Of a stretch of 43,492 bases of DNA, positions 11,930 through 22,024 are shown piece after piece (position 1 is the stretch's first letter; every line of letters starts with the position of its first letter). The position numbers were made by a program, and so were the translations under genes. Source of the stretch: Bacteroidales bacterium (GTDB lineage Bacteria > Bacteroidota > Bacteroidia > Bacteroidales > UBA7960); assembly GCA_007132585.1 (NCBI GenBank), contig SLOJ01000086.1, forward strand, positions 1-43,492, read 5' to 3'. The notes under the pieces were generated by a model. That model was not told the DNA's origin, did not search any database, and was given only the letters and a program-made list of their open reading frames with translations.

Positions 11930-12187
11930 TTACTTAGCTCTTTCAAGGATTTCAACTAATCTCCAACATTTATTCTTGCTCAAGGGCCTGGTTTCCATTA
12001 TCCGAACCGTGTCACCTATATTACATTCATTCTTCTCATCATGAGCCATAAACTTGGATGATTTTTTAACAAACTTCCCATATTTAGGATGTTTTACCCG
12101 GCGCATAACTTTAATAACAATGGATCTTTCCATTTTATTACTGGTAACAACGCCTATTCTTTCTTTTCTACGGGTTCTGGTTTCCAT
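11930..12187 (-). CDS. rpsQ: 30S ribosomal protein S17
   Basis: 85-aa ORF. The ATG overlaps the rpmC stop by 1 nt. It contains [16 protein letters not shown]. Confidence 0.96.
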   Translation of the reverse strand: METRTRRKERIGVVTSNKMERSIVIKVMRRVKHPKYGKFVKKSSKFMAHDEKNECNIGDTVRIMETRPLSKNKCWRLVEILERAK

Positions 12188-12402
12188 TATCTAGAAATTT
12201 CTTTTTTTGTTTCTTCAATGACCCTTTTACGGAGCTCAGTTTTGATTCTCGCAACGGTCTTCCTGTACAATTTAATTTTCAACGGATTTTCCAACGGAGA
12301 AACAGCATGATTGAGTTTAAGCTTTTCAAGTTGCTTTTGCTCTTCATCTAGCCTTTCCTTGAGCTCGTTGGTTGACATTTCGCGTATTACATTTGGCTTC
12401 AT
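12187..12402 (-). CDS. rpmC: 50S ribosomal protein L29
   Basis: 71-aa ORF with [11 protein letters not shown]...[11 protein letters not shown]29-like. Confidence 0.94.
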   Translation of the reverse strand: MKPNVIREMSTNELKERLDEEQKQLEKLKLNHAVSPLENPLKIKLYRKTVARIKTELRKRVIEETKKEISR

Positions 12403-12564
12403 CTGGTAAACGAATTTAAATCGTTAAAAGCAGTAAGCTGGCATCCGGCCAGCCTCAGAAGTTCTTTTTCTTTACAGAGGCCCCCGTTTCAGGGGCTTGC
12501 TATGAGATGAACCTCTCCAAAAAGGCTGCAAAGTTATAAAATATTTTGCAATTAAAGGGTGTTA
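12403..12564 (-). other. 162-nt structured spacer between rplP and rpmC (possible attenuator, internal promoter or small RNA)
   Basis: Two GC-rich hairpins in an AT-rich background: GCCCC/GGGGC at 12480-12496 and GCTGGC/GCCAGC at 12437-12453. The second is followed on the minus strand by TTACTGCTTTT. A TAACTTTG box lies at 12529-12536 (minus). No ORF longer than 6 codons. Confidence 0.35.
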
Positions 12565-12984
12565 TCAGTAAGTAAAATCCCGTCTTACAACAAATTTAGT
12601 TTTAATGGGTAGTTTCTGAGCACCTAATCTCATGGCTTCCTGAGCAGTTTCAAGTGTTACACCTTCGGCTTCGAACATAATCCGACCCGGGGTTACTCTT
12701 GCAACAAAATATTCAGGAGCCCCTTTACCTTTACCCATACGAACCTCTGCAGGTTTCTTGGTAACAGGTTTATCAGGGAAAATTCTAATCCACAATTGCC
12801 CTTCACGTTTCATGCGACGGGTAATTGCCTGGCGGGCAGCTTCAATCTGGCGGCTGGTAATCCAGCTTTCATCTAACGATTTTATGCCGAAGCTACCGAA
12901 AGAGAGTTCTGCACCTCTTTTGGTATTTCCTTTCATCCGGCCTTTTTGCTGCCTTCTGAACTTGGTTTTCTTTGGCTGTAACAT
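12565..12984 (-). CDS. rplP: 50S ribosomal protein L16
   Basis: 139-aa ORF with [20 protein letters not shown]-terminus. Confidence 0.97.
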   Translation of the reverse strand: MLQPKKTKFRRQQKGRMKGNTKRGAELSFGSFGIKSLDESWITSRQIEAARQAITRRMKREGQLWIRIFPDKPVTKKPAEVRMGKGKGAPEYFVARVTPGRIMFEAEGVTLETAQEAMRLGAQKLPIKTKFVVRRDFTY

Positions 12985-13021
12985 TATTATAGCGTATTAT
13001 ACTTATTAAAACTATTACCTG

Positions 13022-13738
13022 TTATTTTTTGCGGCGTCCTCTGAATCGACCACCACCGGCAGCACCGGGTTTAGGTTTGGTATTATCTTCAGTAAAAGGA
13101 GTAAGTTCCTTTTTACCATAGATTTCACCTTTGCAAATCCACACTTTAATACCTATACGACCATATGTAGTATGGGCTTCAGCGGTGGCATAATCGATAT
13201 CAGCTCTGAGGGTATGCAGTGGAATGCGTCCTTCCTTGTATGTTTCGGTACGTGCCATTTCAGCACCTCCCAAACGACCGGAAACGGTAGCTTTTATTCC
13301 TTCTGCACCCAGGCGCATAGTTGAGGAAACAGCAGTTTTAACAGCACGACGGAATGAAATACGTCCTTCAATCTGCTTAGCAATGGTATTGGCAACCAAT
13401 ACAGCATCAAGCTCAGGTCTTTTAATCTCAGAAATGTTGATCTGAACCTCCTTTTGGGTGATTTTTCTCAACTCTTCTTTGAGCTTATCAACCTCCTGGC
13501 CACCTTTACCGATAATGATACCCGGACGGGCAGTATTTATGGTAACCGTGATAAGTTTGAGTGTTCTTTCGATAATAATTTTTGATACACCGGCCTTGGC
13601 CAAACGGGCGTTGAGATATTTTCTGATTTTATCATCTTCAACCAGTTTTGACTCATACTTTTTTCCGCCATACCAATTGGAATCCCATCCTTTGATGATG
13701 CCCAATCTAAGGCCGATTGGATTTGTTTTTTGTCCCAT
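13022..13738 (-). CDS. rpsC: 30S ribosomal protein S3
   Basis: 238-aa ORF with [21 protein letters not shown]-terminus and KH domain. Confidence 0.97.
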   Translation of the reverse strand: MGQKTNPIGLRLGIIKGWDSNWYGGKKYESKLVEDDKIRKYLNARLAKAGVSKIIIERTLKLITVTINTARPGIIIGKGGQEVDKLKEELRKITQKEVQINISEIKRPELDAVLVANTIAKQIEGRISFRRAVKTAVSSTMRLGAEGIKATVSGRLGGAEMARTETYKEGRIPLHTLRADIDYATAEAHTTYGRIGIKVWICKGEIYGKKELTPFTEDNTKPKPGAAGGGRFRGRRKK

Positions 13739-13757
13739 TTGAGAATTTTTTTAATTT

Positions 13758-14153
13758 TTAATTTTTACTATCTACGACAATGGTAACATGGTTCGACCTT
13801 TTTCTTATGCGGTATGCACGACCCTGTGGTGCCGGACGTAAACGCTTCAGCACCCTTCCACTATCAACGAATATTTCTTTCACATAAAGATTGCTGTCTT
13901 CTATTCTTACTCCTTCATTTTTAGCTTGCCAGTTGGCAATTGCACTAAGAAGAAGTTTTTCAAGACGTGTAGCAGCTTCTTTCTTTGTATATTTTAGTAT
14001 AGCCAAAGCTCTGTCAACTTCTTTGCCCCTTATGATATCTGCAACAAGGCGCATTTTCCTTGGAGAAGTGGGGCAATTATTGAGCTTGGCAATATATTTT
14101 GTCTTTTTTTCTTCTTTGAGTTTCTCAGCTCTAAGATGTTTTCTAGATCCCAT
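13758..14153 (-). CDS. rplV: 50S ribosomal protein L22
   Basis: 131-aa ORF with [21 protein letters not shown]. Confidence 0.96.
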   Translation of the reverse strand: MGSRKHLRAEKLKEEKKTKYIAKLNNCPTSPRKMRLVADIIRGKEVDRALAILKYTKKEAATRLEKLLLSAIANWQAKNEGVRIEDSNLYVKEIFVDSGRVLKRLRPAPQGRAYRIRKRSNHVTIVVDSKN

Positions 14154-14164
14154 GTTAATGATTT

Positions 14165-14443
14165 TTATTTTTTGCCTTTATCTTTTTTACCCGCATGTCC
14201 GCGGAAAATACGTGTAGGAGCAAATTCACCCAGTTTGTGACCTACCATATTCTCGGTAATATAAACAGGGATGAATTTGTTGCCATTATGAACGGCGATG
14301 GTTTGACCTACAAAATCGGGGGAGATCATTGATGCCCTTGACCAGGTTTTAATAACAGTCTTCTTGTTACTTTCGGCCATAGCAAAGACTTTTTTCTCCA
14401 GCTTGTAGTGTATATAAGGTCCTTTTTTTAATGAACGGCTCAT
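14165..14443 (-). CDS. rpsS: 30S ribosomal protein S19
   Basis: 92-aa ORF with [15 protein letters not shown] and [11 protein letters not shown]. Confidence 0.97.
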   Translation of the reverse strand: MSRSLKKGPYIHYKLEKKVFAMAESNKKTVIKTWSRASMISPDFVGQTIAVHNGNKFIPVYITENMVGHKLGEFAPTRIFRGHAGKKDKGKK

Positions 14444-14474
14444 GATATAATTATTTTTCTTTTAACAATCAGGG

Positions 14475-15299
14475 TTATTTTTTCCTTCTTTCAACGATAA
14501 GCCTGTTGGAAGATTTGTTACGGTTACGGGTTTTATAACCTTTGGCCGGCAAACCTTTGCGGCTGCGTGGGTGCCCACCGCTTGCACGACCTTCACCACC
14601 ACCCATGGGGTGATCAACCGGGTTCATAACAACCGGGCGGGTTCTTGGACGACGTCCTAACCAACGATTACGGCCTGCCTTTCCACTAACAACGTGCATA
14701 TGATCAGGATTTGATGTGCTTCCGATAGTGGCCCTGCAAGTTACAAGCACCATACGGCTCTCCCCTGAAGGAAGCTTCAAAATAGCATATTTTCCATCTC
14801 TCGACATGAGCTGAGCATAGGTACCTGCACTGCGTGCCATCTTGCCTCCCTGGCCGGGCTGCAGTTCTACATTGTGCACAATGGTACCCAAAGGAACTTT
14901 ACTTAAAAACATGGTATTTCCAACATCCGGAGTCGCTTTCTCCCCGGAAATAATGGTTTGTCCTGCCTTGAGCCCATTAGGAGCAATAATATAACGCTTA
15001 TCGCCATCGGCATAAACTACCAATGCAATGCGGGCCGAACGGTTTGGATCATACTCTATGGTTTTAACGGTTCCGGGTACTCCATCCTTATCTCTTTTAA
15101 AATCGATAAGACGAAGCCGTTTCTTATGACCACCTCCGATATAACGCATGGTCATTTTACCTTTACTATTCCTGCCTCCTGATTTTTTCTTTCCAACCAA
15201 CAAGCTTTTTTCCGGAGTGGAGGCAGTTAGTTCGTCGAACGCATTAAGCATTTTATTGCGTTGACCTGGTGTGGTTGGTTTGAATTTTCTTAAAGCCAT
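14475..15299 (-). CDS. rplB: 50S ribosomal protein L2
   Basis: 274-aa ORF with [14 protein letters not shown] and [15 protein letters not shown]. Confidence 0.98.
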   Translation of the reverse strand: MALRKFKPTTPGQRNKMLNAFDELTASTPEKSLLVGKKKSGGRNSKGKMTMRYIGGGHKKRLRLIDFKRDKDGVPGTVKTIEYDPNRSARIALVVYADGDKRYIIAPNGLKAGQTIISGEKATPDVGNTMFLSKVPLGTIVHNVELQPGQGGKMARSAGTYAQLMSRDGKYAILKLPSGESRMVLVTCRATIGSTSNPDHMHVVSGKAGRNRWLGRRPRTRPVVMNPVDHPMGGGEGRASGGHPRSRKGLPAKGYKTRNRNKSSNRLIVERRKK

Positions 15300-15303
15300 C
15301 TAT

Positions 15304-15597
15304 TTAAATATTGCTGTAAAAATCAATAACCTGACCATCGCTAACAGTTACGATAGCCTTTTTAAAATTGTTTGTTCTTCCGGTTTGAAAACCGGTTTTG
15401 GTGTAACGCATTTTACGCTTACCCAGGTAATTCATAGTGTTGACATCTTCAACCGTAACATTATACATTTGCTCAACGGCAGCTTTAATCTGGGTTTTAC
15501 TGGCCCTTTTGTCAACAACGAAACCATAACGGTGAGGAAACTTTTCAGTTACCGCCGTCATTTTTTCGGTAATCAGTGGCTTGATTAAAACATTCAT
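15304..15597 (-). CDS. rplW: 50S ribosomal protein L23
   Basis: ATG at 15597 gives MNVLIKPLITEKMT, a typical L23 start (97 aa). The track start at 15633 is a TTG adding 12 non-conserved residues. Confidence 0.93.
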   Translation of the reverse strand: MNVLIKPLITEKMTAVTEKFPHRYGFVVDKRASKTQIKAAVEQMYNVTVEDVNTMNYLGKRKMRYTKTGFQTGRTNNFKKAIVTVSDGQVIDFYSNI

Positions 15598-15650
15598 CTT
15601 CTGTTTGTTTTGTATGGGCCGATCTTTTTCCAACCCATTAATAATTACTA

Positions 15651-16280
15651 CTATTTCAATAAAAGATTTTCTACTTCTTTAATAGAACTCTCAAAAAACA
15701 CCAAATGCTGTGCATCAAGTATTTCATAGGTGTTAATATCACTTGCCAGTGCAACTCTTGCTTTAGGAATATTTCTTGAAGAGAGGAAAATATTTCGATC
15801 ATTTCCCGGTATAACCAGCAATGATTTTTTATCCAGCATGTTAAAACGTTCAAGAATCTCCATATAGCTCTTGGTTTTGGGAGATTCAAAAGTAAAATCT
15901 TCCAATACCAGAACGTTATTGTCCTTTACTTTATATGTTAAAGCTGATTTGCGGGCAAGTTTCTTTACCTTTTTATTTATCTTAAAAGAATAATCTTTTG
16001 GTTTTTTCCCAAAAGCATTTCCTCCGCCTCTGAGCACAGGTGATTTGATATCACCAATACGGGCAGCACCTGTACCTTTTTGACGACGAAGTTTGCGGGT
16101 ACTTCCTTTTACTTCGTTACGCTGTTTGGTAGCATGTGTTCCCTGCCTTTTGTTTGCCATATACTGTTTTACATCCAGATAAATAGCATGGTCATTGGGC
16201 TCAATGCCAAAGATGCTATCATTCAGATCAACAGTTTTCGAGGTTTTATTGCCATCTATATTATATACTGCTAACTCCAT
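15651..16280 (-). CDS. rplD: 50S ribosomal protein L4
   Basis: 209-aa ORF in the conserved S10-operon position. Its start overlaps the rplC 3' end by 10 nt. Confidence 0.95.
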   Translation of the reverse strand: MELAVYNIDGNKTSKTVDLNDSIFGIEPNDHAIYLDVKQYMANKRQGTHATKQRNEVKGSTRKLRRQKGTGAARIGDIKSPVLRGGGNAFGKKPKDYSFKINKKVKKLARKSALTYKVKDNNVLVLEDFTFESPKTKSYMEILERFNMLDKKSLLVIPGNDRNIFLSSRNIPKARVALASDINTYEILDAQHLVFFESSIKEVENLLLK

Positions 16281-16900
16281 CTTTCCAAAATTAAATATGA
16301 ACCATTAGGACCAGGTACAGATCCTTTAACAATTATGATATTTTGTTCAGGAATAAGTTTCATAACCTGAAGGTTGATCATTTTAACTCTATTGCCACCG
16401 GTGCGGCCACCCATTCTCATTCCTTTAAATACTCTTGATGGCCATGAAGATGCTCCAAGTGAACCGGGTGCTCTTAAACGGTTGTGCTGGCCGTGAGTCG
16501 CCTGTCCTACACCTGAAAACCCGTGTCTTTTTACAACACCCTGGAAACCTTTTCCTTTAGATGTACCAACTACATCTATAAATTCACCTTCAATAAATAC
16601 ATCAACCCCAAGAATATCGCCAAAATCTTTTTGATGACCTTTTTCGAAGCGGGTAAACTCAGCTATCATTCGTTTTGGGGTGGTTTTTGCTTTTGCAAAG
16701 TGTCCTTGCAAAGCCTTGCTTGTGTTTTTCTCTTTTTTGTCATCAAAAGCAAGTTGAATGGCTTCATAACCATCCTTATCCTTGGTTTTGATTTGTGTTA
16801 CAACACAAGGACCAGCCTGTATTACTGTGCATGGAATATTTTTTCCAGCGGCATCAAACATACTGGTCATACCAATTTTTTTTCCAATTAGTCCTGACAT
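16271..16900 (-). CDS. rplC: 50S ribosomal protein L3
   Basis: 209-aa ORF with [17 protein letters not shown]-terminus. Confidence 0.97.
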   Translation of the reverse strand: MSGLIGKKIGMTSMFDAAGKNIPCTVIQAGPCVVTQIKTKDKDGYEAIQLAFDDKKEKNTSKALQGHFAKAKTTPKRMIAEFTRFEKGHQKDFGDILGVDVFIEGEFIDVVGTSKGKGFQGVVKRHGFSGVGQATHGQHNRLRAPGSLGASSWPSRVFKGMRMGGRTGGNRVKMINLQVMKLIPEQNIIIVKGSVPGPNGSYLILERWS

Positions 16901-16939
16901 TTTTCGGAATTTTTACTTTACGCTATCGCGATTTAATTA

Positions 16940-17245
16940 TTATACTTTAATTTCAACTTCTACACCACTCGGCAGTTCGAGCTTCATTAAAGCATCAACT
17001 GTTTTTGATGTTGAAGAATAAATATCCAGCAGCCTTTTATATGAACAAAGCTGAAATTGTTCTCTGGATTTTTTGTTTACAAAAGTGGCCCGAAGGACGG
17101 TAAAAATCTTTTTATTGGTTGGCAGGGGAATAGGTCCACTAACAACTGCACCTGTCGACTTAACGGTCCTAACGATTTTTTCTGCTGATTTATCAACCAG
17201 GTTATAATCGTATGATTTCAATTTAATTCTAATTCTCTGACTCAC
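16940..17245 (-). CDS. rpsJ: 30S ribosomal protein S10
   Basis: 101-aa ORF with a GTG start (CAC on + at 17243-17245). [24 protein letters not shown]. Confidence 0.96.
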   Translation of the reverse strand: MSQRIRIKLKSYDYNLVDKSAEKIVRTVKSTGAVVSGPIPLPTNKKIFTVLRATFVNKKSREQFQLCSYKRLLDIYSSTSKTVDALMKLELPSGVEVEIKV

Positions 17246-17272
17246 GGTTTATTTATTTTTTAAGTAATTGAA

Positions 17273-19372
17273 TTAACCTTTTACTCCATTAACTTTCAAT
17301 GTAATTTCATCGGAAATACTTGCAGGGGCTTCACTGTAATTAGAAAATTCAAGTGTAGATGTAGCCCTCCCTGATGTTAAAGTCCGTAATGATGTTACGT
17401 AGCCAAACATTTCTGAGAGTGGTACTTTTGCTCTAATAACCTGCATATTGGTTCTTGATGATATACCATCAAGGTGACCGCGACGCCGATTAATATCTCC
17501 TACAACATCACCCACATTTTCTTCAGGTGTTACAACCTCAAGCTTCATAATCGGTTCAAGAAGTACTTTGCCCGCCTTTCTGGAAGCTTCCTTGAAAGCA
17601 ATCCGGGCAGCAAGTTCAAATGATAACGAATCGGAATCTACACTATGGAACGAACCATCAAGAAGGGTAACTTTCAGATTTTCTAATGGAAACCCTGCAA
17701 GAATACCATTTTGCATAGCATATTTGAATCCTTTTTCAATGGATGGAATAAATTCTTTGGGTATATTACCACCTTTAACCCGGTCAATAAATTGCAAGCC
17801 TGAAATACTATCATCTGCAGGCTCCATCTCGAATACAATATCTGCAAACTTACCTTTACCACCGGTTTGTTTTTTATATACTTCACGATGTTTAACAACA
17901 GAGGTAATCGCTTCTTTATATGCTACCTGTGGTGCTCCCTGGTTACATTCAACTTTGAATTCTCTCTTCAACCGGTCCAAAAGAATTTCAAGATGTAACT
18001 CTCCCATACCACTAATGATGGTTTGTCCTGAATTTTCGTCGGTTTTTACATTAAATGTGGGGTCTTCTTCTGCCAGTTTTGTTAATGCAAGCGTAAGTTT
18101 ATCAACATCTGCCTGAGTTTTGGGTTCTATAGCTACACTGATAACCGGCTCGGGAAAACTCATGGATTCAAGCAGGATGGGATGTTTTTCATTACAGAGT
18201 GTATCTCCGGTATGAATTGATTTAAAGCCCACAGCTGCTCCTATATCACCTGCTTCAATCCTGTCGATGGGATTCTGCTTATTGGCGTGCATCTGAAGAA
18301 TTCGGGAAATTCTTTCCTTTTTCCCGGTAGATGCATTATAAATATATGATCCGGAATCCAGTGACCCGCTATAAACTCTGAAAAAGCATAAACGACCTAC
18401 ATATGGGTCGGTTGCAATTTTAAAAGCAAGCGCTGAAAAAGGTTCTGATATATCAGATTTACGTCTTTCTTCTTTCTCGGATTTAGGATTTATTCCTGTT
18501 ATTGATTCTACGTCAGATGGGGATGGCAGGAATCTTATAACTGAATCAAGCAGCAACTGAACACCTTTATTCTTAAATGCCGAACCACAAAGAACCGGTG
18601 TAATGCGCATTTCTAAGGTTGCTTTCCTGATTGCAGCAATCATATCATGTTCCGAAATAGAATCAGGATCCTCCATGAACTTTTCAAGAAGATCTTCACT
18701 CTCTTCCGCACAACCTTCAATAAGTTTCATGCGATACCCGTCTACAGTTTCCTTAAGATCTTGCGGCACATCAATTTCAACGAATTTCATGCCATCTGAT
18801 TTTTCTTCCCATTCGAAGGCACGATTGGTGATCAGATCAATCACCCCTCTGAAAGATTCTTCGTAGCCAATAGGAATCTGAAGAGGTATAGCATTAGCTC
18901 CAAGTTTTTCTTTTATTTGATCAACAACGGAGAAAAAATCAGCACCTGATCGGTCCATCTTATTGACAAAACTTATGCGGGGAACTTTGTATTTATCAGC
19001 TTGTCTCCAAACAGTTTCGGATTGAGGTTCAACTCCGCCTACTGCACAAAAAAGTGCAATAGCACCATCAAGCACCCTAAGCGATCGCTCTACCTCAACT
19101 GTAAAATCAACATGCCCGGGTGTGTCAATAATATTAACCTTGTATTGATTTTCCTTATATTTCCAGAATGTTGTAGTGGCAGCAGAAGTAATAGTAATAC
19201 CACGCTCCTGCTCCTGAACCATCCAATCCATGGTAGCAGCGCCATCATGCACTTCACCCATACGATGTGTCAGGCCGGTATAATATAAAATGCGTTCGGT
19301 GGTGGTAGTTTTACCAGCATCGATGTGTGCCATTATACCAATGTTGCGTGTATATTTTAAATCTCTTACCAT
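17273..19372 (-). CDS. fusA: Elongation factor G
   Basis: 699-aa ORF with GTPase motifs [17 protein letters not shown] and NKMD. It sits between rpsG and rpsJ. Confidence 0.98.
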   Translation of the reverse strand: MVRDLKYTRNIGIMAHIDAGKTTTTERILYYTGLTHRMGEVHDGAATMDWMVQEQERGITITSAATTTFWKYKENQYKVNIIDTPGHVDFTVEVERSLRVLDGAIALFCAVGGVEPQSETVWRQADKYKVPRISFVNKMDRSGADFFSVVDQIKEKLGANAIPLQIPIGYEESFRGVIDLITNRAFEWEEKSDGMKFVEIDVPQDLKETVDGYRMKLIEGCAEESEDLLEKFMEDPDSISEHDMIAAIRKATLEMRITPVLCGSAFKNKGVQLLLDSVIRFLPSPSDVESITGINPKSEKEERRKSDISEPFSALAFKIATDPYVGRLCFFRVYSGSLDSGSYIYNASTGKKERISRILQMHANKQNPIDRIEAGDIGAAVGFKSIHTGDTLCNEKHPILLESMSFPEPVISVAIEPKTQADVDKLTLALTKLAEEDPTFNVKTDENSGQTIISGMGELHLEILLDRLKREFKVECNQGAPQVAYKEAITSVVKHREVYKKQTGGKGKFADIVFEMEPADDSISGLQFIDRVKGGNIPKEFIPSIEKGFKYAMQNGILAGFPLENLKVTLLDGSFHSVDSDSLSFELAARIAFKEASRKAGKVLLEPIMKLEVVTPEENVGDVVGDINRRRGHLDGISSRTNMQVIRAKVPLSEMFGYVTSLRTLTSGRATSTLEFSNYSEAPASISDEITLKVNGVKG

Positions 19373-19399
19373 TTAGAAAACAGGGAAATAATATCTTTA

Positions 19400-19867
19400 T
19401 TAAAACCTGAAATGTGAAAATGCTTTATTTGCATCAGCCATACGGTGGGTGTCTTCCTTTCTTTTAAAAGCAGCACCTTCTTCTTTATATGCAGCAACAA
19501 CCTCACCGGCAAGTTTTGCTGCCATATTCTTCTCATTGCGTTTGCGGGAAAACCTGATAAGGTTTTTCATCCCGATAGACATTTTTCTTTCGGGACGGAT
19601 CTCGGATGGAATCTGGAATGTGGCACCCCCAATACGGCGACTTCTTACCTCAACATTGGGTGTTACATTAGCCAAAGCTTTTTTAAAAACTTCAAGACCA
19701 TCTTCTTTGGTTTTCTCGCTAACAATATCTATTGCATCATAGAAAATATTGTACGCAAGGTTTTTTTTGCCCCTGAGCATAAGGTTGTTTACAAACCTTG
19801 TTACCAAAACATCATTAAATCTTGGATCAGGGAGCAGGATTCTCTTTTTGGGTTTCGACTTTCTCAT
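19400..19867 (-). CDS. rpsG: 30S ribosomal protein S7
   Basis: 155-aa ORF with [20 protein letters not shown]-terminus. Confidence 0.97.
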   Translation of the reverse strand: MRKSKPKKRILLPDPRFNDVLVTRFVNNLMLRGKKNLAYNIFYDAIDIVSEKTKEDGLEVFKKALANVTPNVEVRSRRIGGATFQIPSEIRPERKMSIGMKNLIRFSRKRNEKNMAAKLAGEVVAAYKEEGAAFKRKEDTHRMADANKAFSHFRF

Positions 19868-19901
19868 CTATTCAAAAGTTTTAATCACTCTGATTCGTTT
19901 C

Positions 19902-20282
19902 TTATTTTTTCGCTTTAGGTTTTTTGGTACCATATTTCGACCTTCTTTGATTGCGGCCTTCAACGCCACTGGTGTCAAGTGCACCCCTGATAATATGATA
20001 TCTTACGCCTGGCAAATCTTTTACCCTGCCCCCACGAATCAACACGATGGAGTGCTCCTGAAGGTTATGTCCTTCCCCTGGTATGTAAGCGTTTACCTCT
20101 TTACCATTGGTAAGCCTTACCCTTGCAACTTTACGCATTGCAGAGTTAGGTTTTTTTGGGGTAGTAGTATATACTCTTACACAAACTCCACGACGCTGGG
20201 GACATGAATCCAAAGCGGGTGATTTACTCTTGTATGTCACCTTTTGGCGTCCTTTACGAACCAATTGTTGTATTGTTGGCAT
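19902..20282 (-). CDS. rpsL: 30S ribosomal protein S12
   Basis: 126-aa ORF with [13 protein letters not shown] and [15 protein letters not shown]. Confidence 0.98.
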   Translation of the reverse strand: MPTIQQLVRKGRQKVTYKSKSPALDSCPQRRGVCVRVYTTTPKKPNSAMRKVARVRLTNGKEVNAYIPGEGHNLQEHSIVLIRGGRVKDLPGVRYHIIRGALDTSGVEGRNQRRSKYGTKKPKAKK

Positions 20283-20357
20283 ACTTCTAGTTTAAAATTA
20301 TTATGTAAAAACTTCTTTATTATTGGGTTATATAAATCATGTACTTTTAAGGGAGTG

Positions 20358-20365
20358 CAAAGGTA
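20358..20365 (-). promoter_or_regulatory. Bacteroidota-type -7 box (TACCTTTG) upstream of rpsL
   Basis: + strand CAAAGGTA is TAnnTTTG on the minus strand, 76 nt upstream of the rpsL ATG. A TTG lies 19 nt further upstream (20385-20387). A second box, TAACTTTG, is at 20523-20530. Confidence 0.4.
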
Positions 20366-20595
20366 AAAAGTTATTTTTGAAAACCAATATGGTTTAATAA
20401 AAAAATACGCCTTAATCCCCACTTAAATAAAAAATCAATTTTAATCTGGCAAAATATTTTCGTCTGGCCCGAACCAGAAATAACTGAAATACAGCATTAT
20501 TCATTCCTGATTTTTGGGGGCACAAAGTTAGCAAAGATTTACGTTTAATCAGCTATTTTTAAAAAATATTTCTTGTAGAAACCAGCTGATAATCA

Positions 20596-20629
20596 CTAAA
20601 AAAACGGACAATTATAAAATTGCCCGTTT
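20596..20629 (-). terminator. Rho-independent terminator after the S9-family hydrolase gene
   Basis: The minus strand reads ACGGGCAATT-TTAT-AATTGTCCGT followed by TTTTTTT (10-bp stem with one mismatch, 20604-20627; A7 run on + at 20598-20604). Confidence 0.75.
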
Positions 20630-20697
20630 ATACAATAATTTATGAAGAGTAAAATTCTTAATAAATTCTGTACAATGTATTGATGAGAAATATTTTT

Positions 20698-21786
20698 TTA
20701 TCTGAACCGGTATGCTGCCCTTTCCATATCGGCAATATTTCTGAACTTTACAGGTGGGTCAAGATGTTTTTCAAGAAACTTGTATATTTTAAAACGTATT
20801 TCTCTGCCTTGCTTATGATCCATTCTGTCAAAAGAGTGTCCTCCGGGTATTTCTTCAAATATTTCATATTCAAAATTTTTACCGTGCATTTTAAGGGCTT
20901 TAATGAGGTTTTCTACCTCAAGCACATGAACATCTTCATCGATAGTATTGGTATGAATGCGTAAGGGGGTTTGAAGTTTATGGGCATGATAAACCGGTGA
21001 GCGCCGGCGGTACTCGTCAATATTTTCATGAACCATTTCCCCGATATGGTAATCTGCAGAAAAATAATCTTCATAACCTGGTCTTTTATACCCCATGCGT
21101 GCAATCAGGTCACTTACAGGCACACCAGAGAAAGCACATTTATAATTATCAGGATATTCGAAAATATTCATAAGCGTAATCATACCACCATGACTCCAGC
21201 CCATAATTCCAACACGGTTTTTATCCACAATGCTGTAGTTATTAAGCATATATTGCCTGCTTATATTTACATCGGCATTCTCCAGTCCTCCATAATCAAT
21301 CAGTTCATATGTGAGCCTGCCATAACCGGTGCTTCCCCTGTATTCAGGTGCCACAACAATATATTGCTGTGCCATAAGCTCTCTTATTATATGAGTATAA
21401 TAGGTATTAAAATCGCCATGAACACCACCATGAGGCAACACAATAAGAGGATACTTCCCTGAAGGATCAATATTTTTCGGAATAAAAACATATGACCAGA
21501 ATTTGATCGGATTCTTACCACGCAAGGTAGTAGCATTTTCATGCCCACGCGGAGGCTTTCCGGCAAGAAACACCTTGTCAATAAAGGCAAGATCTCCTAC
21601 CCTTTCAAACCACAATACATCATCTATCTTTTTCTCCAGAACATCCAGACGATGTTTCAGGTTATAAAAATTATTATCCACTGTTTCCTGTAAAGAAGAT
21701 GATGTGGATTGTCCTGATACAAAATTTACCTGAAAGGCATGAAATAGAAAGAAAATAATAAACAGACATAATACACTTTTTTTCAT
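20698..21786 (-). CDS. Secreted alpha/beta-hydrolase, S9 (prolyl oligopeptidase) family catalytic domain without beta-propeller
   Basis: 362-aa ORF with signal peptide MKKSVLCLFIIFFLFHAFQVNFVSG. Nucleophile elbow GWSHGG, acid in NTIDEDV, His in IPGGHSF. Confidence 0.8.
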   Translation of the reverse strand: MKKSVLCLFIIFFLFHAFQVNFVSGQSTSSSLQETVDNNFYNLKHRLDVLEKKIDDVLWFERVGDLAFIDKVFLAGKPPRGHENATTLRGKNPIKFWSYVFIPKNIDPSGKYPLIVLPHGGVHGDFNTYYTHIIRELMAQQYIVVAPEYRGSTGYGRLTYELIDYGGLENADVNISRQYMLNNYSIVDKNRVGIMGWSHGGMITLMNIFEYPDNYKCAFSGVPVSDLIARMGYKRPGYEDYFSADYHIGEMVHENIDEYRRRSPVYHAHKLQTPLRIHTNTIDEDVHVLEVENLIKALKMHGKNFEYEIFEEIPGGHSFDRMDHKQGREIRFKIYKFLEKHLDPPVKFRNIADMERAAYRFR

Positions 21787-21948
21787 ATTGCTTTTTTTTC
21801 GGTTAATAAATCTTCATTTCTTTGGGGGATAAAAATACAAAAAGAAATATCCAAAACCCAAAAAACAAAAGGGCTATGGATTTAAAATCCCCTGATAATT
21901 GATACCATTTTGGAATATGCTGCAAAGGCTGTTTACATAAAAAAATTC

Positions 21949-21956
21949 TATCTTTG
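21949..21956 (+). promoter_or_regulatory. -7 box TATCTTTG upstream of uvrD
   Basis: TAnnTTTG match 69 nt upstream of ATG 22025, in the divergent intergenic region. Confidence 0.35.
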
Positions 21957-22024
21957 TAACCTGCCTTCCTAAATTAAAAATCAGGCTTATATAATTTTTT
22001 TAATGTTTTCAAGGTTGTTTACTA

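Noticed and set aside
15598-15633. N-terminal extensions from TTG starts in the ORF track (rplW 15633, beta-barrel 36800, grpE 26768, lpxD 43320)
   Set aside because: In rplW, the beta-barrel gene and grpE, a downstream ATG gives the conserved N-terminus or signal peptide. For lpxD the TTG is an internal Leu codon of a gene that runs off the window.
17246-17272. Absence of tuf between fusA and rpsJ and of adk between secY and map as an anomaly
   Set aside because: From established knowledge of Bacteroidota gene order this is the normal arrangement for the phylum, not a deletion.
7702-20207. Long + strand ORFs antisense to ribosomal and fusA genes (for example 7702-8160, 10565-11023, 17568-18116, 19445-19918, 19749-20207)
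   Set aside because: They are shadow ORFs opposite highly conserved genes, with Ser/Leu/Phe-rich or otherwise biased composition and no recognisable motifs.
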